A stretch of 64,000 bases of DNA from Eledone cirrhosa (GCA_964016885.1 OZ024740.1:179800001-179864000), one strand, 5' to 3'; positions 12,161 through 24,822 are shown, counted from the first letter of the stretch. A program made the numbers and translations. Notes: generated by a model not told the origin, from the sequence alone.

Positions 12161-12604
12161 AATATAAGTATGTATACGTACATACTTATATGTATACAGA
12201 CGTACAGTAGTATGTATATATATATACATACATGCACACATATATATATGTACGTATGGATTCACCGAACATTTATTACAATGCTCGGTGTGTTTGTAAA
12301 CAAACATCCCGAATTAAGCCTTACAGTGTCTAGCAACCATTGTTGCTCATTTGTTCAACACTGACAAAGGAACGCTGTACTAGTTTCAAGCCTATTAGCT
12401 ATTGTCAGCAACGTATACCTTCCTGCCAGATGATGGAACGTCTGAAAGTATATACTTTTCTTATGCATATTAATGGCTGAGCAGCCTAATTTGCATATCG
12501 AGTGAGTTAATGTACGTATACATACTTATATTTAAGTAACAGCCGTACTAAGAGTGAGAAATGAAATTTCGTTTCATTTTTTCCCTCTATACAATCACAC
12601 ACAG

Positions 12605-12688
<84 letters not shown>

Positions 12689-12916
12689 GAAAGTTATAGA
12701 AAATATTGTAGCAAAAAACCAACAGCATTCCATAATATATAAGTGACTATAGCGCAAAATGGGAAAAATAGTTAACGTAAGATGTGGGAAAAATAATTCA
12801 AACTCAACTATATATATATATATATATATTATTCTTTTAAAGGGAAATGGGAAAACTGTTAGTACAGCACAACACTGTCGAAGCGGCGTTGGGTAAAATA
12901 TTATCTATAAGGACAT
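12001..12916. repeat. ~80-bp inverted repeat pair (12001-12080 / 12836-12916)
   Basis: tattttacccgacgccgcttcgacggtg versus cactgtcgaagcggcgttgggtaaaata. Confidence 0.85.
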
Positions 12917-12929
12917 GTATATATATATA

Positions 12930-13783
12930 TATAAAATAAACATATGAAACAATCAGATGGGATAATTTGTAAAGAGTGTAAGCACACACAGCTAGGTAGG
13001 TAACTAATTAAAGTTTAACGAGAACTTCAAATATAGATACCTTTTAAAAATGATTAATCTCCTTTGTATATGTTTCATTAAATAAAGAATTACATTTCGC
13101 CATCAATCGGTAAGTCACAGTAGTTAAATCCTGGATCAGCAAAGGAGAAGATTTAACTATCTGAGCAAATGCAAATCTGTGAATGACTACAAGTACGTAT
13201 TGCATTTAAAAAAATAATACACACATCATACCAGCGTCATCCCAGTGGTGTGAATAGGATTATCGACAGCTAGAAATAGCAGCCAGGTCCTTTCAACTGA
13301 GATAGCTCTACAATTAAGGAACCGTATATATAACCAAAATTAAATTAGGGATGTTATATCTGAGAAACATGCGCCATAACCTCTGTATAATATGCTCAAA
13401 GATTCCAATGAATAGATCCGATCATCTATATCAACTAGATGGTTATACATACGAATCCTTAATTGTAGAGTTAACTCAGTTGAGAGGACTTGGTTGCTAT
13501 TTCTAACTGTCGATAATCCTTTTCATGCCACTGGCATGACGCTGGTACGATGTGTGTATTTTCTGTTATAATGCAACATGTGCTTCTAGTCTTTCACATA
13601 TTTACATTTGCTGTGTAAGCACAGATAGTTAATTCTTCTACTTTGCTGACGATCGATCTACTGTTAGATTACTACTGTGGTTTACCGATTGATGATGAAA
13701 TGTATTTCTTTATTTAATGAAATATATACAAAGGAGATTAATCATTTTAACAGGTATTTATATTTGAAGTTCTCGTTAGACTT
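12930..13783. repeat. Imperfect long palindrome (about 13010-13335 / 13441-13783) of an interspersed family also at 23650-24365 and 24820-25240
   Basis: tacaattaaggaaccgtatatataacc versus ggttatacatacgaatccttaattgta; shared gtaagcacacacagctaggtaggtaactaatt. Confidence 0.8.
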
Positions 13784-14651
13784 TGAATATATATATATTC
13801 ACAGAAATAGATGGGACGCGACATCATATATTTATATAACAATTCATTATTAATACTTGCAGGTGATAAGACGTTGTACATTATACCTTCAACCAAATCA
13901 GTCAGTCACTCAGTAATAAATTTCCGGTCGGATATAATATTTCATTTTAGTCGCAGGACAATTTACGTGTCACGTACTAACTTCGAACATAACAATGATT
14001 AAATTCCATCGCAATTTTGTATTATTTGTCTTGTTTATTATATATTTTACCTCTAGGAAATGTTGACTCAGCAAAGCAAATTAACATTAACATAGCTGAG
14101 TATTGTATATTTATATATTAGTAGCCTCTGTAATTGAGAGAAGCTTCTACAGGAGACACTACATAAACGCTTTAACGGAGAGCTGATAGTACTATGGTAA
14201 ATCTAGGTGTATCTCACTTGATATAAGCTATTATGTCAAATTTCTGCAAAAACAAGCATGTACACTAATTAAACCAAGGGTGGAAATGTGCTCTAATTGA
14301 TAAAATATATTGCGAAATTACCCATTCCCAACAACGATTTAAAGGTGTGTTTCAAATATGTCTATTCAAAGCTAACACGGAGATTCAAAAGAGCATCAAC
14401 AGGAGAAATTTTGACTTCACAGTAACTAATGAACTTACTAACGTAAATTATTTCCCATTTAATATTAGTGTCATATTCATTATCAACCTAACCGCAGTTA
14501 GTTTGCTTTGTTTTGTTTAGTTATTCTCTTATTAGATTATCTGGATTAGATATATGTACGAGATTCGATTCTTTATATATTCAACGTCCGCCATTAGTGC
14601 TTACGCATGAACAAAAGGCAACACTTAAATATGTTACCGCAAATATTCCAA

Positions 14652-14690
<39 letters not shown>

Positions 14691-15843
14691 CTTGTAATAT
14701 GTTTCTTGTGATATATTTATATCTAGACTTGTAATATGTTTCTTTCAGTACTTAGATCCCTAATTCCTGAAGGTGTTTCTACCAGTTCCTGCATGTTAGA
14801 CTTTGAATATATATATTTACATAAATAGATGGGACACGAGTTGATATATTTATATATCAATTCATTATTAATACTTGCAGGTGATAAGACTTTGTACATT
14901 ATACCGTCAACCAAATCAGTCAGTCACTCAGTAATTAATTTCCGGTCGGATATAATATATCATTTTAGTCGCATTACAATTTACGTGTCACGTACAAACT
15001 CCAAACATAACAATGATTAAATTCCATCGCAATTTTGTAATATTTGTCTTGTTTATTACATATTTTACCTCTAGGAAATGTTGACTCAGCAAAGCAAATT
15101 AACATTAACATAGCTGACTATTGTATATTTATATATTAGTAGACTCTGTAATTGAGAGAAGTTTCTACAGGAGACACTACATAAACGCCTTAACGAGTAG
15201 CTGATAGTACTGTGGTAAATTTAGGTGTATCTCACTTGATAAAAGCTATTATGTCAAATTTTTGCAAAAACAAGCTTGTACACTAATTAAACCAAGGGTG
15301 GAAATGTGCTCTAATTGATAAAATATATTGCGAAATCATTTATGCCCAACAACGATTTAAAGGTGTGTCTCAAATATGTAACGAATTACAATTTGTATAT
15401 GAAGGTTAGATTACTTATTACAATCAGTCTTGAAGGACTATGAAAGAGCGCATTAAGATAGCTAATTAAGATTCTCCTTTAGCAGCTGAGGCACCACATG
15501 TAGTATATATAATCTACTTACTCGGTCAGAGCAATCAAACAATGGTATATAACCAGCATTTAGTTGATTCCTCTTGAGAATATGTTTCGATTGTTTGGAG
15601 CTCTCTTTATACATTCCGGCTATTGTTACATAGTGTTAAATTAGAAAGGAATTTAACGAAAACTGGTAGCTACATCTTATCATTTTATCCACACGCATCA
15701 AATAAATACACAGATGTATGTAAGCATTTTGAGTACATGCGTCAATAGAGATGAGAGGTAGCATTTATTTAAATAAAAGTGAACAAAGATAAAGCTAACG
15801 CAGGAAACCATCTTCATACATGAAAAACTAAATTTACTGCCTG
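13776..15843 (+). repeat. Two partial tandem copies (13776-14650, 14680-15843) of a ~1.6-kb unclassified segment
   Basis: Near-identical to each other and to 35195-36800. Confidence 0.9.
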
Positions 15844-16545
15844 ATGCTGGGCTTTAGCTAGCAGGACTTCTGTTACGTACATATTTAAGAGAAACCAGTA
15901 ATGACTGAGCAAAAATTACAGAACTGCCGAACAAATATGGAGCTTCGACTCAGTATTATCTTTGTCCACTTTTACATACATTAATATGCTGGGCTATGTC
16001 TCGCATTAATAGTTACCTCAAAATACGATTTCCACACCCACGGAGTGCTAGTAAAAATTAAGTAACTCCATTTTATGGTCTATGTCTATACAGAAAATAA
16101 ATGTTATTATGAATAAAGTAAAACGAAATCTATGTTTGATTTCTTTGCGCAAGATAATTATATATACACGTTAAGATATTAACATAAAACACACTGAATT
16201 GCTATACAAAATTAATTTTGGTTTCAGATGAGAAGAATAACAGAGCCGTCGCAAAGATACAAGATATGATTTATATACCAATAAATTTTATTTTCCTAAC
16301 GGAAGAAAAAATGGAAAACGTAGCGACTGACAGCTGATTATTACTTAAGATAAACACCAAAGGAAATACAGAATTAAGGAATAAAATGTTTAATAAATTA
16401 TAACTATATCACTATTCTTGGCACGCGCATATACGTCCGTATATATAGAGTTGCATAGTTATATATATATATAACTATACATCGCTGTATATACGGACAT
16501 GTATACGCGGGCTAAGAACACCGAAGGATTCAATAACACACACTT

Positions 16546-16718
16546 TGTCCGTTCCCTTGTCGAGTCAATATGGATTGCTTCGGGAACGTAACCTTATTAT
16601 GTAAGACTCTCCCTGATGATGTCATGGAACTGGATACACAGAATCGTGTGGCCACTGTGGTCATTGATATATGTTTTACAGCATTATCTATAAAGGACTT
16701 TAATATCTGAAACTACTT

Positions 16719-16727
<9 letters not shown>
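16546..16727 (+). mobile_element. Old pLTR fragment (family D) with decayed HHR
   Basis: Homologous to the reverse complement of 18552-18935; CTGATGA at 16613, GAAA decayed to GATA. Confidence 0.65.
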
Positions 16728-16802
<75 letters not shown>

Positions 16803-17024
16803 CCATCTATCTATCTATCTATCTATATAAATATATATATATATATATATATAATTAAAAAATATGGAGAGGAAGGTAGATAAATAAATGTCATTGTTAA
16901 ATAATACGCAAAGTAAAACATTTCGTTTTAATCATTTTCTAACCCAGAAAAAAGACAGAGAGAAACAAAAATGGAAAACAAAAAGTTTTTCTTCCTAATA
17001 ATCATCTCTTTCTCCCTGTTTTCG

Positions 17025-17058
<34 letters not shown>

Positions 17059-17067
17059 AAATACAAG

Positions 17068-17255
17068 CGGTGGCGGACTGGATCTAAAAATATTAGTTGC
17101 CAGGAGATTAAGGGGGCCCACCTACAAATATAATGTTATCATTTAATTTTTATAAAGAATAAATAACATTTTCGAAAAATGCATAAGTGGGAATAAAACA
17201 GTGCAATCAAATTTTTGCAAAAATATATCCTACTTCCTCCAATAAAAAAATATTA
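17068..17255 (+). mobile_element. Left end of hAT-like DNA transposon (TIR c(a/g)gtggcggactgg)
   Basis: Matching right TIR ccagtccgccactg at 28741-28754; older homologous left end at 23357-23540. Confidence 0.6.
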
Positions 17256-17272
17256 TGTATTATGAGGCTTGC

Positions 17273-17456
17273 AATAATTGTTTCTACTTTTTGGCACAAG
17301 GCCAGCAAATACCCATTGCATTACTGGTACTTTATTTTATCGACCCCGTAAGGATGAAAGGGAAAGTTAACCTCGGCGGGATTTGAAATCAGAATGGCAA
17401 TGGCCGCAACTGTATGCGTCAAAGCATGGCGTCCGACCCTCTACCGATACTGCCAA
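17273..17456 (-). mobile_element. tRNA-derived SINE (family S1, Nin-like core)
   Basis: Matches 45257-45446. Confidence 0.9.
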
Positions 17457-17463
17457 GACCAGA

Positions 17464-17906
17464 AGTCGACCCTAAATATTACTAATAGCTCTAGGAAAGC
17501 CATGAATGACACAATCTTTGTAACTTTGATTTTGAAAGTAGGTTTATAATAATCAATTTTCATTACACTTTCGTATCTGTTTCAGTGGCTTAGTTGGCGG
17601 AATCACAGATGCTGGTGATTCTAGTCTGAAGTTCGATCCTGGTGAGGAGTAGGTTTCCCTTTTTATTTTTTTTTCTATTGGTTGCAAAATAAAAACTGAT
17701 AAAGTATACACATACCTCTAGACCATGATTGAACCCAAGGCAAGGATCTCCACCGTATCTAGTACCTACCGCTAGGCCCCAGTGACAACTACGAAAGTAC
17801 TATGAACATTCATACTAATAAACCTACTATCAACATTTTCAAACCAAAGTATTGTGATGTCGTTCATGTCTTGTTTACTGTCACTGGTCCTACTTAGGGT
17901 CGAATT
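17464..17906. repeat. Degenerate palindrome with two convergent tRNA-like heads
   Basis: Ends tcgaccctaa/ttagggtcga; + arm tggcttagttgg...gttcgatcc; - arm gggcctagcggt...ggttcaatc. Confidence 0.55.
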
Positions 17907-18131
17907 CTAAATCATTTGGATGTTCCATAAACTCCATCCACGTTTTTGTTCACATCTATCTATACAATATTTTAACCTGTAATCCATGTTTCATTTCTGT
18001 TGCACCTCATTCTTATCTCTCTCCTCTCTCTCTTTCTCTCTCTGAAATTTAAATCTACTAGTATCTGGGCTTACCTTCTTCCTATGTATATGTTTTTATA
18101 TGTCAGTTAGATTCAAACTTACAATGATTGG

Positions 18132-18193
<62 letters not shown>

Positions 18194-18595
18194 ATGAGAG
18201 GTACACGCTTCTGTAGCCTCTGTATCATATTAATATCCCATCTGACTTCTGTGATATTTTTCACTGCTACAAGGGATTCAATGCCATTTCTTAAACACTG
18301 TATCACGTGATACGGACTCCCTCCGCCTCTTCGAGATTCTCTCGCGCGATGCAGACTTGTTTTCAAATTTTACCCTGTGGTGTTCCCTTGAAAAGTCGGC
18401 CTATCTCACAAAAATATTACATCTCTATGATATAGGATATCTGCATAGTGGCCACGAAACAGTACAGTCGGGAATTTGATGAAAAAATGGATATTTATTT
18501 ATGTCTATTATTTCTTCTTACTTTATAATATATATATATATATATATATATAATAATGAAAAGCGAAGTAGTTCAGATGTTGAAGTCTTTTAATA

Positions 18596-18784
18596 ATAAT
18601 TGTTTCTACTTTAGGCACAAGGCCAGCAATTACCCAGTGCATTACTAGTACTTTATTTTATCGACCTCGTAAGGATGAAAAGCAAAGTCAACCTCGGCGG
18701 GATTTGAACTCAGATCGTAAAGGGACGTAACTATGCTGGAAAGCATGGCGCCCGACCCTCTACCGATACTGCCAATCCACCACC
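18596..18784 (-). mobile_element. SINE S1 with tttaataataat TSD
   Basis: Matches 45257-45446. Confidence 0.9.
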
Positions 18785-18797
18785 TTTTAATAATAAT

Positions 18798-18871
18798 GCT
18801 GTGATATATATTTCAATGGCAACAGTGGCCACACTGCTCCGTGCACCAGTGCCGCGACATCGTCAGATAGC
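18798..18871 (-). ncRNA. Type I HHR (family D)
   Basis: gctat-CTGACGA-extended stem II-GAAA-tatata-TC-acagc. Confidence 0.62.
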
Positions 18872-19176
18872 TTGCTACATAATAAGTTTATGTTTCCGAG
18901 GCAATCCAAATTGAATCGACATGGGAACGGACGCAGTATGTGCTCTTGGGTTCTTCATCCGTTTCCTTGTGAGTACCAATTCACCCCACCGGTCTGCGCA
19001 GGCGCAGGCCCGAAGGAAGTTGACCATTAGCTACCGCAGATTTCAACGAAATTCGCTTAGTTAGTTCCCCCTCCCAACCAAAATATTCAGGTTTTTTATA
19101 TATAACTTACTGTTACCTATCCCGTTTTATATATAGCATACTGCTACCTATCCTACCTGTATTAGACGCATAACTC

Positions 19177-20142
19177 TGGATTAACACTATAGACGAGAGA
19201 GCCCAAATTCTCCACTCACACTATGCTTAACCCATGGCCTCCAAATACCTGATACTCAAAAACTCAGCAATGTCCAGTAGTGCGAAGTTTAATATTCTGA
19301 TCGCAGATTTTGTACGAGTGATGAAGAATGTGTCCCGCATGTGCGACCCAACAAAAATGGAAAGACACATCCAACACTTCATCAACCGCATGCAGTTCTC
19401 TGGCTACAACCAAAGAGCCAGAGTCAGAGTATATGAAGGAGCCATGGAGAAGTATAAGACCCTCATAGAACTGGACATGAAAGGAATTTGCCCATTATAC
19501 AGGAGCAAATCATGGAATAGCTTAGATAGGGCTAGACATAAGATAGGGAAAGCCACCTCATGGTACAACAACCAGAGATACCAGAGTGTCATGTTTGTAG
19601 ACTATACCCCTGGAGGGAAATTAGCTAACCAGTGTAGAAAGGCCCTGAGAAAGACACACTTAAAAATTAAGGTGGTAGAAAAGCCAGGAACCACCATAAA
19701 ATCCCTGATTAGCAAAACCTACCCTTTTAAGAAAACCCACTGTACCAATAGGAAATGTATCACATGTAAGGTAAACCCCCGGATAAACTGTAAAACTAGA
19801 AACGTAGTGTATAGCATAAGATGTACAGAGGGTACTTGCAGAAACATGACAACAACATACATAGGTGAGACAGCTCGTAGCATAGGTGAAAGGATAGACC
19901 AACACTGGGGGGAACTAAAAGGACGAAAAAACGGGTCAGTATTATACGAACATGCTAGACAACAACATGACGGTAACATAGACAACGCAGAAACTAGAAT
20001 AATATCTAAACATTGAAATGACCCAGCAGATAGGCAAATCAGAGAGGCCAGTGAAATAGAAATTATAAGACCAAGACTAAACAGAAAGAATGAATGGAAT
20101 AACAACAGCCAAACAAACAACAATGACCTAAGAGAACTATAA
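19177..20142 (+). pseudogene. PLE RT thumb, Cys linker and GIY-YIG fragment
   Basis: PMASKYLI..SAM, FSGY, FVDYTPGG, CTNRKCITC, NVVYSIRC...YIGETARSIGER, continuing past TGA 20014 to RQIREA...LNRKNEW. Confidence 0.9.
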
Positions 20143-20391
20143 ATAAGTAAATAAAATAAAATAAATAAATAAATAAATAAATACATACACAAGCACAATA
20201 ACAACAAGCACATAAACACACACTAGTCACCCATCACACAGCAAACAAAACATAATACACACACGCAAACGCATGCGCAAAGAAGACAAAATAAAATAAA
20301 CAAACAAGCAAATAAATAAATAAATAAATATATAGACAGACTGAATAAAAATGCCGTAGACATACAATACAACAGGAGGAAAAGATAGCAC

Positions 20392-20429
20392 CACTGACGA
20401 TGTTGCAGATGTGCAACGAAAGATTTATG
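20392..20429 (+). ncRNA. Minimal type I HHR of PLE2 pLTR
   Basis: ca-CTGACGA-t-gttgca gatg tgcaac-GAAA-gatt-TA-tg. Confidence 0.72.
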
Positions 20430-20632
20430 ATAAACTATATATATGTGTTTGTGTCTATATTGTATCTGTATTATTTTTGACCGTCGGTCAGTCAATGGCA
20501 AGATTGAGGTCCGAGTAAGTTAGATTACCGATATAAAAGACACAGAAGCGAGAAGCGAAAACCAAACAAACAGTGAGTGTGTTCTGTTATTAATTCTGGC
20601 AATATTACACAAATATGACCCTCCCCAAGTAT

Positions 20633-20700
<68 letters not shown>

Positions 20701-20702
<2 letters not shown>

Positions 20703-21372
20703 ATGAAATGACAGGAGGCTGGATTTGTGTAAATCCTTGAAAGGTTTATTATACTATGATCATTTCAATGACCGTGTTCCGTATGAATCCGGTGATATCA
20801 TCAGGTATTCGAAATATAATACGTGAATGTAATAGGTAAAATCCATGGGGCTGAAAATCGAGACCCGAGGGCGACCGCTATTCTGTTCCTTCAACCTCAG
20901 CCGGTCGCCCTGGAGTGACGTGGCTAAATTTTATAGTATGCTACTACCGGTCAGATGAACGAAAACAGAAAGAGATGGGAGAATAGGTTAACGTCGATCC
21001 CATGACACAAGGTAAAAGAAAGAAAGAAAGGAAGGAGAAGAAGGGGGAAGAAAGAAGAAGAGAAGTCAGGGTTAATGTCAGCTAAAAGAGGAAGGTAACT
21101 ACTACTGGTCAGATATAGGCAAGCAAGAGGGGGAAGGAAGATAAGTCTGCAGGGAGGGGGAGAGGAGAGAAGGAAGGGAAGAGAGAAGTAGAAAAGTAAG
21201 GGTTGATGGCTACAAGAAGGAAGATAAAAAGGAAGAGGAAGAAAGGTCGATATTAATGTCAGACCACAGTTAAGCCAGGAGTGGCGCGAGAAAATTTTCA
21301 CAGAGACCCGCATCTTAGCGGAGATGGATATATTGGGAGTCAGTGTTTTACAGTGTTTAGACTTACAGTGTT
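20701..21372 (-). mobile_element. Non-coding pLTR-like element, family E variant
   Basis: First ~200 bp homologous to 25283-25490, then a different body; abuts (TA)n. Confidence 0.7.
20751..20808 (-). ncRNA. Type I HHR (family E); copies at 25333-25390(-) and 27200-27257(-)
   Basis: atac-CTGATGA-stem II (accgg/ccggt in the other copies)-GAAA-tgatca-TA-gtat followed by AATAAA. Confidence 0.72.
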
Positions 21373-21449
21373 TAGACTTCTAGGAAGAAGTATTGATACA
21401 TGAAGTATGGATACATGTGTTCACAAATATATATATATATATAAATAAA

Positions 21450-21533
<84 letters not shown>

Positions 21534-21607
21534 TTTATTTATATATATATATATATTTGTGAACACATGTATCCATACAGACACATATATCTCCGCACCC
21601 CCTATGT

Positions 21608-21739
<132 letters not shown>

Positions 21740-21891
21740 TATTCTAAGGCGGGTAAAATTCCCGAGATCCATGGACGAGTTCTCTCCAGCGGTCTCTGTC
21801 CCTCATTATCGCTCCCATGTCTTGCGTCTCCAATACATATATACACACACCTACATCCATGCGCACTCATACTGACACATGCATCTGTCTC

Positions 21892-22284
21892 ATAGTGAAT
21901 TAGCAGTATCGCTAGAGGGTTGGACGTGATGCTTTCTAGCATAGTTACGTCCCTTTATTGTCTGAGTTCAAATCCCGTCGAGGTTAACTTTACCTTTCAT
22001 CCTTACGGGGTCGATAAAATAAAGTACCAGTAATGTACCGGGTACTTGCTGGCCTTGTGCCTAAAGTAGAAACAATTATTATTATTATGGTGGTGGATTG
22101 GCAGTATCGGTAGAGGATCGGACGCCATTCTTTGGCGCATAGAGTTACGGCCCTTGCTATTCTAAGTTCAAATCCCGCCGAGGTTAACTTTACCTTTCAT
22201 CCTTACTAGGTCGATAAAATAAAGTACCAGTAATACGCTGGGATAATTGCTGGCCTTGTGCCAAAAGTGGAACAAATTATTATT
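21892..22284 (+). mobile_element. Two head-to-tail SINE S1 copies (21892-22080, 22089-22284)
   Basis: Each has gttcaaatccc...cctttcatcctta...gtcgataaaataaagtaccag. Confidence 0.9.
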
Positions 22285-22339
22285 ACTATTATATATATAT
22301 ATTAATAATAATAAATTTGATATATAAATATAGATATAT

Positions 22340-23270
22340 ATTTATTAAAATAACAAATTAAAGTTTAAGCAAAGAATCGCCGGCTTTCACCTTTAACGGG
22401 ATCTTCTGAAATTAACAAAGTCAATCTGTGAACGCAGAAGTGAATATTTCAAAAAACTTTGCAACCGGAGAAAGACAGGAAGACGATACTTTGGTTCGTG
22501 GATACGTTCCCTGGCAAAGAACGGGAAAAAACGAATATAATACATCATTATTTGGAGCGGTGAAAAACAATTACACGCAAAGACAGAACCACGTTTATGG
22601 TATAAAAGAAGTCGTAGGTTAATATTCTATTAGGTGGTTCATAGAGACGTTTTCTGGCATTGAACGGAAAAAACGATGATAATATGTCATATGTGGACCA
22701 TGGAGAACAATTGCACGAAAAGACAAAACCACTTAAATGGTATAACTGAAGTTGTAGACTAAAATTCTAACTAGGAAACCGAATAATTCTCGGCTTCAGA
22801 GTTAAGAATAAAGTAAATAAAATACAGACGTAATCGAAATTAAATAAATACATACACGCATCCATATACGTACATACACAAGCATACGCGAAAACACACG
22901 CCATAGGTATACAAATACACGCACATGTATGTCTGTGTTTGCGTGTATACAAATAATTAAATAAACGTATATAAATAAATACGTATATAACAAGCACACA
23001 AACATACCTACACGTAAATACACAGATGTTCGGAGAAAAACGTCAACCAAAACACGAAGTACACATATACACACACCCTACATACGTACGAACCCGCATA
23101 CTCACACAGACGCAAAACTCACGTATTCACATAACCAAAAGCATATGTACCAGAATATATAAAATATACGCCATAACATATACAATCAAATATACGTACG
23201 AGAAAGTATACGTACCTTCACAAAACAAACAGGTAATATATACTTACCTATACACATAAGTAATGGTATA
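22340..23270 (-). repeat. Family C repeat copy
   Basis: Reverse-complement homology to 9900-10694. Confidence 0.75.
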
Positions 23271-23356
23271 AACATAACATATAATTAGCTACCACATCAA
23301 GACGTAAAATATCCGCGTATATATCGTACTATCCGTTAGGGTATAATGTGGGTCTG

Positions 23357-23598
23357 TAGTGGCTGACGAGGTCTAAACATTTTGGTGGTCGGATGAAAGG
23401 ACTTTAGCTACATATAGAATGCTTTCATTTAATTTTTACAATGAATAAATAAAATTAAAAAAACACGTAAGTGGAACCAAAACAGTGCAATCAAATATTT
23501 ACAGAAAAATAACTTACCTTCTCCAATAAAAAAATATTAATTAATTTGCTATATCCAGAAACTTTCAATAATGACATTTGATATTACACATCCACTCA

Positions 23599-23600
<2 letters not shown>
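23357..23600 (+). mobile_element. Decayed left end of the hAT-like element
   Basis: Aligns with 17068-17255 (aaaacagtgcaatcaaat, ctccaataaaaaaatatt). Confidence 0.55.
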
Positions 23601-23655
<55 letters not shown>

Positions 23656-24391
23656 TACATTCTTTACAAATTATTCCCTGTGATTGTTTTATGTATTTAT
23701 TCTATATATATATATCAATCTATTTCTAGTTGATATGTAATGCCGGATCTAATCGTTGAGCTTATTCTACGGTGGATATGGCGCATGTCTATGAGATATG
23801 ACAACCCTTAATTTTAATTTTGGATATATATATACGGCTCCTTTATCTTTTAGCTAATTCAGTTGGATAGGCTCGGCTGCTAGTTCTGGCTGTCGATGGT
23901 CCTATTCACGCCACTGGGATAACGTTGTTAAACGAATGCATATTTTTTAAAATGCAACACGTGGTTCGCATCATTCACAGATTTGCATTTGCTGTGTAAA
24001 CACAAATGGTTATTTTCTTCTCCTTTGGCGAACATCCAAGAATTTAACTGCTGTGATTTACGGATTAATAGGTGAAATATATTTCTTACTTAAAGAAATA
24101 TATACAAAGGAGATTAATCATTTTTAAAGGTATCTATATTTGAAGTTCTAGTCAAACTTTAATTAGTTACCTACCTACCTATGTGTGCTTACATTCTTTA
24201 CAAATTATTCCCTGTGATTGTTTCATGTATTTATTTTATATATATATACATGTAAATCTATTTCTAGTTCATATGTAATGCTCGGATCTAATCTTTGAGC
24301 CTATACTACGGTGGATATGGCGCATGTCTCTCAGACATGACAACCCTTAATTTTAATTTTGGATATATATATATGTATATACGTATATATA

Positions 24392-24606
24392 TAATTGGTG
24401 TGGGATGCTTAAAGCGTCCGTATGCGGTAGGCCGTTTGGAAACTCTGGTTCGAAGTATCGAGACGTATCTGAGGACCTTGTGATTCCAGAGACAGGTTCG
24501 ATCATTTCTTCGTTCGTGCCTCTAGCTGGTCGCCAGAGAAACGATGGTAATATGTCTAATAAATTTTATTCGTCGCACCACTGATTCTCCGTTTCTTATG
24601 TGATAT
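24392..24606 (+). mobile_element. Short family B pLTR with inverted terminal piece, inside (TA)n
   Basis: 24392-24437 matches 8374-8419 in the same orientation, while the HHR block is opposite. Confidence 0.75.
24461..24557 (+). ncRNA. Type I HHR with long stem II insertion (family B)
   Basis: 8-bp stem I agacgtat/atatgtct; CTGAGGA; GAAA-cgatgg-TA. Confidence 0.68.
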
Positions 24607-24712
24607 ATATACCCACACCACCTTCACCACTAATTGATTTACAGATGCCTTTAACCCATTGATACGAAGTATTATTGGTCAGTAGTTCGTTTGTAAGTAC
24701 ATATACATACAT

Positions 24713-24781
<69 letters not shown>

Positions 24782-24790
24782 ACAATATAT

Positions 24791-24822
<32 letters not shown>

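Larger units (their letters stand above)
18552..19170 (-). mobile_element. pLTR-like element family D, interrupted by a SINE; 3' end at (TA)n
   Basis: HHR at 18798-18871; homologue at 16546-16727. Confidence 0.6.
19175..20638 (+). mobile_element. Penelope-like element 2, 5'-truncated, with 3' pLTR ending at (TA)n
   Basis: RT thumb and GIY-YIG ORF followed by a non-coding tail with an HHR. Confidence 0.88.

Noticed and set aside
18994-19006. NRF1-like tgcgcaggcgca motif as a host promoter
   Set aside because: Lies within the family D pLTR-like segment; no associated gene.
20014-20016. In-frame TGA in PLE2 as a possible selenocysteine codon (as in Naiad PLEs)
   Set aside because: Not at a Cys-motif position, the EN is C-terminal, no SECIS recognised; CGA-to-TGA decay is simpler.
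23356-23411. CTGACGA...GAAA...TA hammerhead-like motif
   Set aside because: Aligns with the hAT-like end at 17068 (gtggcggactggatctaaa), so the core arises by chance decay.
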